DNA of 64,000 bases from the NCBI GenBank assembly GCA_041389025.1, contig JAWKSP010000002.1, forward strand, positions 21,246-85,245. Reading direction: 5' to 3'. The notes beneath the pieces were generated by a model. It saw only the letters and a list, made by a program, of their open reading frames with translations, searched no databases and was not told the DNA's origin. The translations under genes were made by a program, and so were the position numbers. Source of the DNA: Minisyncoccota bacterium. Its GTDB lineage: Bacteria; Patescibacteriota; Minisyncoccia; Phycocordibacterales; UBA918. This document shows positions 1 to 9,707 of this stretch, piece after piece. Every line of letters starts with the position of its first letter. The first letter of the stretch is position 1.

Positions 1-1
1 T

Positions 2-640
2 GACGGTGAACAATATATTCCCAAGCCACACCTGTGCGAGAAGTGTAATAAGGAAGTAGATGTAACTAGAGAGAAATTGACCGATAATGAAGTGCGAACC
101 ACATACACCTGCCCTGCATGTGGTCATGAAGAAGTTGATGTATTAGACCTTTCTTCACCCGAAGAAGAGGAAGATCCTAAGTATGAATATGATCGCAATC
201 GCTTCTGTCTTTCTGGAGAGGAGCTACTCAAAGCACAAGAATCCAAAAGAAGCATGGATAATATGAAAGCTTTAATGGAAAAGATTGAGCACAAAGAGGA
301 GAACAAGGAGCAGTACGACAAAGTGGCTCAACTTACAAAGCTCACAGTTCCTCAATTAAAAGAGCGGGTGACCGATAAGTTAGAAAAGGAATCATACCTG
401 AACATTACTTTTGAAAAACCAGATCTAGGTCGTATTGTGTCTATTGAGTTCAGTGTAGAAGAAATGGAAACTGATAATGAACGAGCTAGTGTTCAAAAGC
501 TCACAAAGCTTATAAAAAAGCTTCTTAAAGACTCTAACTGGAGATTGATGACCGAAGGCATTACTTATCGTCTTGGTATGCTCAGTGGACGACTACGAGT
601 GTATGAGAATGAAGAAGATTTGCTGAAATTAGTTAAATGA
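2..640 (+). CDS. Hypothetical protein with Zn-ribbon (5'-truncated by window edge)
   Basis: The frame of ORF 77..640 stays open to position 2 (DGEQYIPKPHLCEKCNK...TYTCPACGH), giving two CxxC pairs; stop TGA at 638-640. Confidence 0.75.
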   Translation, partial: DGEQYIPKPHLCEKCNKEVDVTREKLTDNEVRTTYTCPACGHEEVDVLDLSSPEEEEDPKYEYDRNRFCLSGEELLKAQESKRSMDNMKALMEKIEHKEENKEQYDKVAQLTKLTVPQLKERVTDKLEKESYLNITFEKPDLGRIVSIEFSVEEMETDNERASVQKLTKLIKKLLKDSNWRLMTEGITYRLGMLSGRLRVYENEEDLLKLVK

Positions 641-1023
641 GTATGAAAAATTCAACCACAACAATGAATACTGAAAACATCGTAAACATGCTTTTTAATT
701 CTATCGAAGAAGGTTCAAAGAAAGGAATCACTATGCTTTGGGATGCTGGCACATCGGCATTGATAGAACATTGGTTATTGGTCGGTGGCATTTTAATTGG
801 ACTGCTTATACTCTTCACACTAATGGCTCTGTTTGGACACTGGGCATCATTAGGCAGTTTCCTGTACCATTCAATTTACGCAATAGTTATTTTGATTATT
901 GGATCAATTTGGGGTCCAGAAGTTTTTATTAGCAACTGGTTTGGTTTCTTTACCGCCATCTTCTTGTATCCTGTATGTTATTTAGCTGTAGGCTGGATTT
1001 TAGACAAGACAAACCTTAAATAA
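637..1023 (+). CDS. Small membrane protein (about 3 TM helices)
   Basis: 128-aa ORF overlapping the upstream stop (ATGA); three hydrophobic segments. Confidence 0.7.
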   Translation: MSMKNSTTTMNTENIVNMLFNSIEEGSKKGITMLWDAGTSALIEHWLLVGGILIGLLILFTLMALFGHWASLGSFLYHSIYAIVILIIGSIWGPEVFISNWFGFFTAIFLYPVCYLAVGWILDKTNLK

Positions 1024-1034
1024 ATATTAATACT

Positions 1035-1595
1035 ATGGAAAACAGATCACATGTTGAACCACTAGAAAGTCGTATTGCTCGTTTCCAAGATGGTCACCCA
1101 ATCGAAATCATAAGCACACTTTTAAATTCAATTGATAATCACTTTAATAACGAAATACGTCTGGCTACAGAAAACGATCATTACCAGACGTCATTACTGT
1201 TCTTAGGTATACACGCTGTATCACTGACTATTTCCGAAGGCTTATTTAATACACAAGGAGAAGCCGGGTATAAAATGTTTCTAGAGAATTATATTGATGG
1301 TGATACTCCTGACACAAAGTTCTCTAATATTGCTACCGAGATTCACAGCTGGAGAAACATACTCGCACATCAATGGTTGGGTGTAAGTGGATATGACATT
1401 GGTTATGATTACGAACAAGAAGAGGGGTGGATTAAACGTGATGATGTAGTTTTTATAAATCCAAAAATATACAGTGACCATTACTTAAACGCTTTTGTGG
1501 CAGGTGGCAGTATTTGGGACTTCGATAAACGATTTACAGAAGATGAGCTGCAACAAATCAAGGAACGCCTACTGGTAAAGTTTTTAGCGAGATAA
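1035..1595 (+). CDS. Hypothetical protein, possible HEPN-like (RxxxxH) domain
   Basis: 186 aa, helical character, contains WRNILAH matching the HEPN RxxxxH motif. Confidence 0.55.
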   Translation: MENRSHVEPLESRIARFQDGHPIEIISTLLNSIDNHFNNEIRLATENDHYQTSLLFLGIHAVSLTISEGLFNTQGEAGYKMFLENYIDGDTPDTKFSNIATEIHSWRNILAHQWLGVSGYDIGYDYEQEEGWIKRDDVVFINPKIYSDHYLNAFVAGGSIWDFDKRFTEDELQQIKERLLVKFLAR

Positions 1596-1654
1596 AAGTG
1601 ACAGTTCACTGTCACTTTATGACACGTGCAAATATGTGTCACTTTTGTCACTTT
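1595..1654. repeat. Cluster of TGTCACTTT 9-mers including a 10-bp hairpin
   Basis: AAAGTGACAG-ttca-CTGTCACTTT (1595-1618) plus direct copies of TGTCACTTT at 1637 and 1646. Confidence 0.7.
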
Positions 1655-1750
1655 TTACTAACGCTCGAGAAGGGTCGTCAGAAATTTGCTATCGCTAATC
1701 AGAATAACCTTGCAGGGCAACAAATCAAATTGGTTCTATCACGAAAAGGC

Positions 1751-1924
1751 TCACAGCATATTTTCTTAGTAAAGAGCACCGTTTAGGTGCTTTTTACTTT
1801 TGAAAATAGCTGTGACCCAAGAGAAAGACGCCAATGCGTCTTTTGTGGGAATCGAACCAGCGGAGCGATGTTTTCTGCGCCTTTCCTAGCGCAGAAAAAG
1901 AGCGAGTTGCGTCCAGCAGTTCTT
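1751..1924. repeat. ~174-bp structured direct repeat, copy 1
   Basis: Near-identical to 3322-3495; internal hairpins AAGACGC-caat-GCGTCTT and TTTTCTGCGC..GCGCAGAAAA; contains GGGAATCGAACC (reverse complement of a tRNA T-arm). Confidence 0.9.
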
Positions 1925-1956
1925 ATGAGCGTTAGCGAATTAGAAACTGTGGGATC

Positions 1957-1975
1957 ATTCCCCGTAGGGTCACCA
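1957..1975 (+). other. tRNA 3'-end fragment (tRNA-Glu-like), possible att site
   Basis: ATTCCCCGTAGGGTCACCA resembles a T-stem 3' strand, acceptor strand and CCA; no 5' half of a tRNA upstream. Confidence 0.55.
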
Positions 1976-2013
1976 CGTATAGATAACTTACCACCAGTGC
2001 AAATCATCATCAT

Positions 2014-2054
2014 AAACACAACATCGCCCTTATTTTAAGGGCGATGTTGTGTTT
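2014..2054. terminator. Perfect 19-bp inverted repeat, likely intrinsic terminator
   Basis: AAACACAACATCGCCCTTA-ttt-TAAGGGCGATGTTGTGTTT. Confidence 0.7.
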
Positions 2055-2156
2055 TGGGCTACAGACATAAAACTTACCAAAACAAACAAGTTGTGGTTGA
2101 ACCCTACCAAAAATCGAACCTACAATGCATATGTTATTATTGATTAACAATAACAT

Positions 2157-2927
2157 ATGAAAAAATTTTTTGTAATATTTTTGATAATCGTTGTAGCTGT
2201 AATTACTTATTACAAATTTACCTACCCTACTTTTACTTATAAATACCGCATGACAGTTGAGGTTGAAACACCGGAAGGAATTAAATCAGGCTCAAGTGTA
2301 ATTGAAGTGCGTACTGAACAATGGCCGGAGTGGATATCAGGGTTGTCTGGTGGAAATACTGAAAATTCATATGTGACAGGTGAATCTGTGTTTGTTGACT
2401 TGGGAGATGAAAAAAATATAGTAGTTTTGTTGGCTGCTGGTAGTTATGCACAAATCGAAAATGCAATAGTCTATTTAGCGCCACAAGCATTTTTAAATGT
2501 TGGTTTTCCGGAATCCAGTTCAGGATTAAAAAGTATTTGGGCAAGTAGATTATCTAAAATGACTAGTGAGAAAATAGAAGTGCGACCAGAACTTGTTCCG
2601 ACTATGGTTAGTTTTCAAGATTTAGATGACCCTAAAAGTGTCCAGCTAATTTATGCCGCCGACCGTTACGAAGTTGTTAACAAACAAGGATGGAGGGAGT
2701 ACCCTAGAAAGGTTGTAATAAATGACTTTAATACTAAATTTGGTGATGGTTATGAATTAAAAGGTGTATGGTTAGAGTTAACGGACGACCCTATAACAAA
2801 AGGTTTAGAAGAGAAATTGCTGTGGTGGAATAATTCAGGTCGTCCAGCATCTGAGATGCTAGAATCCCTACGTGATGGACATAATACAGGTACATCAATA
2901 GAACCTGAAAGAATATTTATAAAATGA
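2157..2927 (+). CDS. Hypothetical exported/membrane-anchored protein
   Basis: 256 aa, N-terminal signal/TM, followed by the motif YKYRMTVEVETPEGIKSGSSVIEV. Confidence 0.75.
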   Translation: MKKFFVIFLIIVVAVITYYKFTYPTFTYKYRMTVEVETPEGIKSGSSVIEVRTEQWPEWISGLSGGNTENSYVTGESVFVDLGDEKNIVVLLAAGSYAQIENAIVYLAPQAFLNVGFPESSSGLKSIWASRLSKMTSEKIEVRPELVPTMVSFQDLDDPKSVQLIYAADRYEVVNKQGWREYPRKVVINDFNTKFGDGYELKGVWLELTDDPITKGLEEKLLWWNNSGRPASEMLESLRDGHNTGTSIEPERIFIK

Positions 2928-3105
2928 CAATTAACAGATATTCTTTAGATATTACTAACCAATCACCGTAATATTAGTAATATTTCAAGCCGCTTTTTTA
3001 TTTGATGAGTTATTAGGTAATTCGTTACCATGAATTAATTTAAATATCTTCTTAGTTTCCACCCTTGACACGTTCTTAAAAGTTCGAGATGTGGCTCGGT
3101 ATGGT

Positions 3106-3326
3106 TCACAAAAGCGAACTTCGTTCGCAGACAACGAGCGCGGCGAAGCCGCGCGAGAAAAAGGAGATGGAAAAACACCCCGTCGCGCAGCGACGGGGTG
3201 TTTTGGCTTCTGTTTCTTCTGCTGCGGCTTCGCCGCGTTTGTTGTGTCGAGACGAAGTCTCGTTTTGTGATGATGTACTAGCCTTTGCTCGAAATGGGTT
3301 CGAGCAAAGGATAGTACATCATCACA
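3106..3326. repeat. Nested GC-rich palindromic element (165-nt imperfect fold-back plus 61-nt hairpin)
   Basis: TCACAAAA...TTTTGTGA ends with core AAAACACCCCGTCGC-gca-GCGACGGGGTGTTTT; second hairpin TGTGATGATGTACTA..CCTTTGCTCGAA-atggg-TTCGAGCAAAGG..TAGTACATCATCACA. Confidence 0.85.
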
Positions 3327-3495
3327 GCGTATTTTCTCAGCAAAAGGCACCGTTTAGGTGCTTTTTACTTTTGAAAATAGCTGTAACCCAAGAGAAAGAC
3401 GCCAATGCGTCTTTCGTGGGAATCGAACCAGCGGAGCGATGTTTTCTGCGCCTTTCCTAGCGCAGAAAACGAGCGAGTTGCGTCCAGTAGTTCTA
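3322..3495. repeat. ~174-bp structured direct repeat, copy 2
   Basis: Near-identical to 1751-1924 with few substitutions. Confidence 0.9.
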
Positions 3496-3616
3496 TGGTT
3501 TTTGTTTCCACTGGTTACTTTTGTTGATAACTATAATTTCTTTCAATCCTAAGTTTATTGTTTTGGGAGAGATGTGTAAAGTGTATAATTAAACTTATAA
3601 TTACCTGTTTAATTTT

Positions 3617-4366
3617 GTGCTAAAACTTATTTCCCTAAACATAGAGTTGGATAAGCATTACTCAAGAATTATTGATTTGTTGGATAGAGAAAATCCTGAC
3701 GTAATAGCCTTACAGGAAGTACCAAAAGAGTTTTTGAATCAGATTGAAGATTTGGGATATAAAGCAACTTTTACAACCAGAAAACAAATACTTGATGGTA
3801 AGGGAAAAAGCTTTGAAGAAGGTTTAGTGTTGGCATCAAAGTTTCCTTGTGAGACTGTTGTGAGGTCTTATTTTGAGGTGAGTCATAAAACACATCTTTC
3901 ATCTGTTCCGGCGACAAAAAGAGGTGTTGATACTTTAGAAAAATATTCCTACATCATGGCTAAGATAAAAGTTGGTGGTGAGATTTTCAATATTGTCACT
4001 ACTCATTTAATAGTTACACCTGATGGTTTGACTAACGAGCTTCAGACTAAGGTAGTGACAGAATTATTACAGGTGATAAAAAATGAAGAATCGCACATGA
4101 TCTGTGGTGATTTCAATATGCCGCGCGGATATAATGGTTTGTATGAATTATTTACTAAAAAGTATGCAGATCAGATTCCTTTAAAATATAAAAGCAGTTT
4201 GGATAAAAATCTACATCGTTGTGGAAATATGCAATTGGAACAACCGATCTTTGATGAATACATGGTTGACTACCTTTTTACCCAACCTCCCTATCGGGCA
4301 AGGAACGTCAGGTTGGAATTTGGAGTCAGTGATCATGCGGCTGTGATTGCTGAGATATATAAATAG
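3617..4366 (+). CDS. Endonuclease/exonuclease/phosphatase (EEP) family protein
   Basis: Motifs SLNI, ALQEV, TTHL, CGDFN, VDYLF, SDHAAV. Confidence 0.9.
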   Translation: MLKLISLNIELDKHYSRIIDLLDRENPDVIALQEVPKEFLNQIEDLGYKATFTTRKQILDGKGKSFEEGLVLASKFPCETVVRSYFEVSHKTHLSSVPATKRGVDTLEKYSYIMAKIKVGGEIFNIVTTHLIVTPDGLTNELQTKVVTELLQVIKNEESHMICGDFNMPRGYNGLYELFTKKYADQIPLKYKSSLDKNLHRCGNMQLEQPIFDEYMVDYLFTQPPYRARNVRLEFGVSDHAAVIAEIYK

Positions 4367-4400
4367 GTCAATGTTATACTAAAAAGGTAAATGAAACTTT

Positions 4401-5822
4401 ATGAATCATCTTTTTAATACTAAAACAAAAATAGTGGCAACACTCGGCCCTAGTTCCAGTAAGGTCTCAGACATAGAAAAAATGTTGTTGCAAGGTATGT
4501 CGGTAGCTCGGTTAAATATGAGTCATGGTAATCATGCTTCTCACGCTGAAATGATTAAGAACGCACATATAGCGGAAAGAAAAACCAAACGACCGTTGGC
4601 TATATTGCAGGACTTGGCTGGTCCAAAAATCAGAATTGGTGATTTTGAGACTGAAGAGGTCACCTTAACTCCAGGTAAAACTTTAATTTTAACTACTAAA
4701 AAGTGTGTTGGTACAGCTGATAAAGTAGAAATTAATTACAGTAAATTACCAAATGAAGTGGGTGCAGGAATGATTATTTACTTAAATGACGGAAAGCAAA
4801 AGTTGGAGGTTGAGAAAGTTACCAAAACAGAAATACATACGAAGGTACTAGTGGGCGGTGTGATCAAAGGCAGGCGTGGATTAAATGTACCAGATGCAAA
4901 TCTTTCTATATCTTCCCTGACAGTTAAAGATCGTAAGGATTTAGTTTTTGGTTTGGAGCAAGGAGTAGATTTTGTTACTTTGTCTTTTGTTCGTAGAGCA
5001 GAAGACATTAAAAAATTACGAAAATTAACTGAGAAGATTAAAAAGGTTAATATTGTAGCAAAAATTGAAACCAAGTCAGCGATTGAGAATTTAGAAGAAA
5101 TTATAAATGAAGCGGATGTAATAATGGTGGCGCGTGGAGATTTGGCGATTGAGATGCCTTTGGAAAAAGTCCCGTTGCTACAAAAAGAAATTATCCGTTT
5201 AGCGAACAAAGCTGGTAAGCCGGTGATCACAGCCACTCAGATGCTTGATTCGATGCGAGTGTCCACTACTCCGACTAGAGCTGAAGTGACAGACATAGCA
5301 AATGCTATTTTGGATGGTACTGATGCTGTTATGTTGTCGGATGAGACAGCAATTGGTTTACATCCCGATAAAGTGATCGAGATAATTAAACAGGTAGCTA
5401 AAGAGGTGGAATCAGATTCTTTCTTTCATTTACACCAATCAGACTGGGATTTTCTGCCAGAAAGTATTTATGAAGCAGTCAGTCAATCGATTGTGCACAG
5501 TGCTACTTCCACTAAGGCCCGCATTATTACAGCCTTTACGGAGAGCGGTTACACAGCACGCATGATTGCTCGGTATAGGCCACGAGTGCCGGTGTTGGTT
5601 ATGACTCCAAATAAAGTTACTTTCAATCAAGCATTGATAATTTATGGTTGTGAGCCGGTCTTGATAAGACGAGTAAAAAACTTGACTGAAGCTAGAAAAG
5701 TCGCTAAACGAGTATTAACTGATTGTTGTAAAATGAAGTCGGGAGAATTGTTTGTGCTTGGTGCCGGCGTGCCTTTTGGAAAACCTGGGGCGACTAATAT
5801 GATGATAGTAGATCGAGTATAG
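4401..5822 (+). CDS. pyk: Pyruvate kinase
   Basis: TKIVATLGPSS, RLNMSHG, DLAGPKIRIG, AKIE, MVARGDL, ATQMLDSM, PTRAEVTD. Confidence 0.97.
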   Translation: MNHLFNTKTKIVATLGPSSSKVSDIEKMLLQGMSVARLNMSHGNHASHAEMIKNAHIAERKTKRPLAILQDLAGPKIRIGDFETEEVTLTPGKTLILTTKKCVGTADKVEINYSKLPNEVGAGMIIYLNDGKQKLEVEKVTKTEIHTKVLVGGVIKGRRGLNVPDANLSISSLTVKDRKDLVFGLEQGVDFVTLSFVRRAEDIKKLRKLTEKIKKVNIVAKIETKSAIENLEEIINEADVIMVARGDLAIEMPLEKVPLLQKEIIRLANKAGKPVITATQMLDSMRVSTTPTRAEVTDIANAILDGTDAVMLSDETAIGLHPDKVIEIIKQVAKEVESDSFFHLHQSDWDFLPESIYEAVSQSIVHSATSTKARIITAFTESGYTARMIARYRPRVPVLVMTPNKVTFNQALIIYGCEPVLIRRVKNLTEARKVAKRVLTDCCKMKSGELFVLGAGVPFGKPGATNMMIVDRV

Positions 5823-5843
5823 CTTTTAAATAAAAATAAAAAA

Positions 5844-5865
5844 GTCGGCATCTAAAGATGCCGAC
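5844..5865. terminator. Bidirectional terminator hairpin between pyk and pyrC
   Basis: GTCGGCATCT-aa-AGATGCCGAC between convergent genes. Confidence 0.65.
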
Positions 5866-5891
5866 CAAAACAAACTAACAATAAACCAAAG

Positions 5892-6953
5892 TCATACCAA
5901 TAAGTTATTTGACACAAACTTCCATTTTGTAAATCCACCAGCTCGAAACGGTACCAAAACTTCACCTTGTGTATAAGGTATGCTGGTTGGTATCTGCCAA
6001 GATATCCTAGCTAAAGTAATGGTGTCATTGTTTCTTGGTAAACCATAAAAATCAGCTCCATAGTGACTAGTGAAAGCCTCAAGATCGTTTAATGTACCAG
6101 CTGTCTCAAACACCTCAGCATAAAATTCTATGGCCGTCATGGCTGTAAAGCAACCAGCGCAACCGCAGCTACTTTCTTTGTCACCTTTTGCGTGTGGGGC
6201 TGAGTCGGTACCAAGGAAAAATTTTGGATTACCGGAAGTAGCTATTTTTACCAACGCTTCATGATGTTCTTCGTGCTTTAAGACCGGTAAGCAGTAATAG
6301 TGTGGATTTAATCCTCCTCTAAATATCGCGTTGCGGTTTTCAAGCAGATGTTGTGGTGTAATGGTAGCTGCTATTCCATCTCGAGCATCAATCACAAACT
6401 GAACAGCATCGAGTGTAGTGATATGCTCAAGTACAATCTTTAAACAAGAAAAACGATCGACAAGTTTCAGTAAGATTTTGTCGATAAAATATTTTTCTCG
6501 ATCAAAGATGTCAATCTCACCATTTTTATCTGAAAGAAGTTCACCGTGAATACATAATGGTAAACCATACTCTTCCATCGCCTCAAGGACTCTAGTAAGG
6601 TTCCAGATGTTAGTAACCCCACTTGCTGAGTTGGTCGTCGCACCGGCCGGATATAGCTTTGCCGCTAACACATGCTCTGAACTAGCGGCTTCGCGAATCA
6701 TTTCTGGTGTGGTTTCGTCAGTTAAATAGATGGTCATTTTTGGATCAAATAACACATCTTTTGGTAACGCATTTAAAATGCGTTACCTATAGTCTAAAGC
6801 CATAGTCGTGTTTATTACCGGTGGCTTAAGATTTGGCATTATTAGTGCTCGACCAAATACTTTGGCGCTATACGGAATGACAGTGCGCATTGCTGAACCG
6901 TCACGTACATGTAGATGAAAATCATCCGGTCGTGTAATTGTTAGACTTTCCAT
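5892..6953 (-). pseudogene. pyrC: Dihydroorotase (E. coli type), interrupted by in-frame TAA at codon 57
   Basis: True start ATG 6953 ([19 protein letters not shown]...MPNLKPP), TAA at 6785-6783, then the same frame continues with KLYPAGATTNS, LEHITT, YCLPVLK, GTDSAPH. Confidence 0.85.
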
Positions 6954-6974
6954 TTTAAACTCCTTTTAAATTGT

Positions 6975-7940
6975 TTAAGCGAAAACGTGGTTGGCGTGTG
7001 AAATTAATTTTTTCATGCGCCAAGGTCGCACTACAGCCACCGAACCAAGAAAGATAGCGTTTGCACCAACTTCTTTTAAGTCATTGATATCTGATATGGT
7101 TCTGATACCGTTGCCGGCAATTATCGGTAATTGTACCCCTCGTTCGCGTAAATCTTTCACCTTTTTGATAGTGAATTTAAGACATTGGTGACTAGATAGT
7201 CCGCCGTCTGCTTTTATTCCCCTATGCCTAAGTGGTGATTTATCACCGATGCTGTTCCAGTCTATTTCTTCTAGGGTTTCTGTGTCTCGCCATGGAATGG
7301 TGTTACCAACCCACAACGCATCCGCTACTTTTACTACTTCAGTAAGTACTTCGGTTGGCATAAGAGCGTTGCAGTTCAAGAGTACCGGAATTTTCGGTCC
7401 AAGGATTGCTTTGGCTGAGTTCAGTAAATTGCATATCTCAGAGTTAAATGAACCGACTTTAACGTCTGAATTTGGACAACCGCAATTTATTTGTACAGCC
7501 ATACCGTTATATGGGCCATAGTCTTTTATGAGTCGACACATGGCTTGAAGTTCCATTATTTGACTGTGATTACTTTTTGACTCAAGGGCAATTGAGATTA
7601 TAAACGGTTCAGTAAATCTTTGATAAACACCAAGTTTTAAATAAAAATCCAAACCATTATTTGCCAAACCGACTGCATTTATGATTTCTCCACCATTTTT
7701 AAATGGATTAACCCAAATACAGCGAGGGAGCGTCTCTTTTGGTGTCATACCGTCTTCCTGGAGAGGCATATTACCCTTCCTATTCGTGAGGGTCATGGTT
7801 TTTCCAGCAAAGCCGGTGTTTTCCCAGGTAGCCCCAAAAAGTCTTAGAAGTTTATGAAACAATAGTTCTTCTCCGGTGAATCCTCGAATGTAGGGCGCAC
7901 AAAACACTGATGGATAAAGTATTCCGTTTATTATAAACAT
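6975..7940 (-). CDS. pyrD: Dihydroorotate dehydrogenase family protein (class 1-like)
   Basis: KTMT, NAVGLANNG, NCGCPN, GNTI, GGLSS, IIAGNGI; adjacent to pyrC; strong SD AAGGAGGAG. Confidence 0.8.
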   Translation of the reverse strand: MFIINGILYPSVFCAPYIRGFTGEELLFHKLLRLFGATWENTGFAGKTMTLTNRKGNMPLQEDGMTPKETLPRCIWVNPFKNGGEIINAVGLANNGLDFYLKLGVYQRFTEPFIISIALESKSNHSQIMELQAMCRLIKDYGPYNGMAVQINCGCPNSDVKVGSFNSEICNLLNSAKAILGPKIPVLLNCNALMPTEVLTEVVKVADALWVGNTIPWRDTETLEEIDWNSIGDKSPLRHRGIKADGGLSSHQCLKFTIKKVKDLRERGVQLPIIAGNGIRTISDINDLKEVGANAIFLGSVAVVRPWRMKKLISHANHVFA

Positions 7941-8121
7941 TTAACTCCTCCTTTTGTTGGTTAATTGTATGTCAATTTACAAAAGTCTAGGAATAAATTC
8001 CTATTCCAAGGGCAACGTTAGCAAAAAAACAAAATATTGACAACACTTTTATTTAATATTTTCATCTTCTATACTTTCCCTGTACAAACATAGAAAATCA
8101 TGATATAGTTCCGGCTATTCT

Positions 8122-9683
8122 ATGAAAATTCTTGATAAATTGTATGGCTGGTACGGCCGAAAAACCGTCCGTTTTTTTATTGGTCTTGTAACTGCTTTGG
8201 TAATTTACGGTTTGTTTTTTGGTGGTGGTGCAAAACAGCCCGATATGGTGTCTGGTATTGTCAGCGAAAATTTACCAGCCGTTACGCTAACCACTGTTTC
8301 AGAGTTGGAAAATCCGGAAAATATTTCTTTTATTAGGTGAGGTTCGGGCGGTTAAGTGAAGCTGAAATAAAATCAGAACGAGCTGGAAAAATCACAGCGG
8401 TGAATGTAGTGTTGGGGCAAACTGTATCGGCTGGTCAAATTATCGCTCAGTTAGAAAATGCGAGCGAGCGAGCTGCTCTTTTGCAAGCTGAGGGTGCTTA
8501 TGAAGCGATTTTAGCTAGTGTGGCACAAAGTGATATTTCTGTTAATGAAGCAGAAATAAGGTTAGATAATGCTAAACAATCTATTCATAACACTGCGCAA
8601 AATTCATATAACACTATAAATAATGTTGTTTTGAGTACACTGGATCAATTTTATTCAAATCCAACTAGTGGTGTAGTTAGTCTACGAATCGGTGGAGTTG
8701 GAAATACTGAATTTCTTAATAGTGAAAGAGTAGCTTTTCGATCTATGCTTGCAGACTGGAAATCTAAAATCATTACCACTGAAAGTGCTGAAGAAGAGCT
8801 TGCTTTTAACCGTGAAATCAAAGCCTATAGTGAGCGAGTATTAACGGTGACAAATATTTTACTACCACTTTTAAGTGACGATCGAAGTGTTAAAGGATAT
8901 TCTGATTCAGAAATAATTGCCTTAAGACAAAGTTTATCAGCAGCTCAAAGCCAGATCACTGCTACTATAAGTCAAATCGATGTTTCATATACTGAACTTA
9001 AAAATGCTAAGGAATCTTTAGAGAAAACTTTGCTTGTGACTAATGGAAATGAAGACACGGTTTCCGCTAGCGACGCACAAGTAAAACAAGCTTTGGGAAG
9101 TTTACGGGCTGTACAAGCAAGTTATGAAAAAACACTCCTTCGCTCTCCATTATATGGAACAATAAATTCACTTGATGTAAAAATAGGTCAGTTTGTTGGT
9201 TCGTTTGAAAAAGTAGCAACAGTAGCCAATAACAACAGCTTAGAAATCGTTTCTTTTGTTAGTGATAAACAATTAGAAAATATTTTGGTTGGTAAAAAAG
9301 TTTTGGTTGATGGTGAGATTGATGGAGTAATAACGGTTATTGCTCCGGCTATTGATAGTGCTACTAAAAAAACAGAGATAAGAATAGCGATTGAAGATCA
9401 AGAGTTGCAAAATGGTAAAACTGTCAGGGTTGCTTTACTGTTGGAAAATGATAAAGAAAAAGAGGATGGAGTCATTACTTTACCACTTACAGCGGTTAAA
9501 TTTATTGGTACAGAAAGTTTTATTTTTACTGTTAAAGACAATATTTTAGAATCAAAGCAAATTAGCCTAGGTGAAGTTCGGGGGGCTTTTGTTGAAGTCT
9601 TATCTGGGCTTGAAAAAGATGAGATTTTTGTATTGGATGTGCGAGGCCGAAGTCTCGGTGAAAAAGTACAAATTTTAAACTAA
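8122..9683 (+). CDS. RND efflux membrane-fusion/adaptor protein (two apparent +1 insertions)
   Basis: Removing single A's at 8335 and 8354 joins ORFs 8122..8340 and 8337..9683 as ...NISFIGEVRAVSEAEIKSERAGKI...; lipoyl half-motifs and coiled coil; upstream of an AcrB-like gene. Confidence 0.8.
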
Positions 9684-9707
9684 TAGAATAAAGCAGCAAC
9701 TTAATTT

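Noticed and set aside
1810-1975. Intact tRNA gene
   Set aside because: Only T-arm/3'-end fragments; no D-arm or anticodon arm forming a cloverleaf.
1751-3495. CRISPR array or IS ends
   Set aside because: Only two long direct copies, no regular spacers, and no cas or transposase gene.
1783-3552. ORFs 1783..2019, 1787..2038, 2985..3350, 3089..3460 and 3358..3552 as genes
   Set aside because: They are translations of the repeats and palindromes on both strands.
6783-6785. Stop-codon reassignment or selenocysteine explaining the pyrC stop
   Set aside because: The codon is TAA, and TAA and TGA both terminate many genes normally here.
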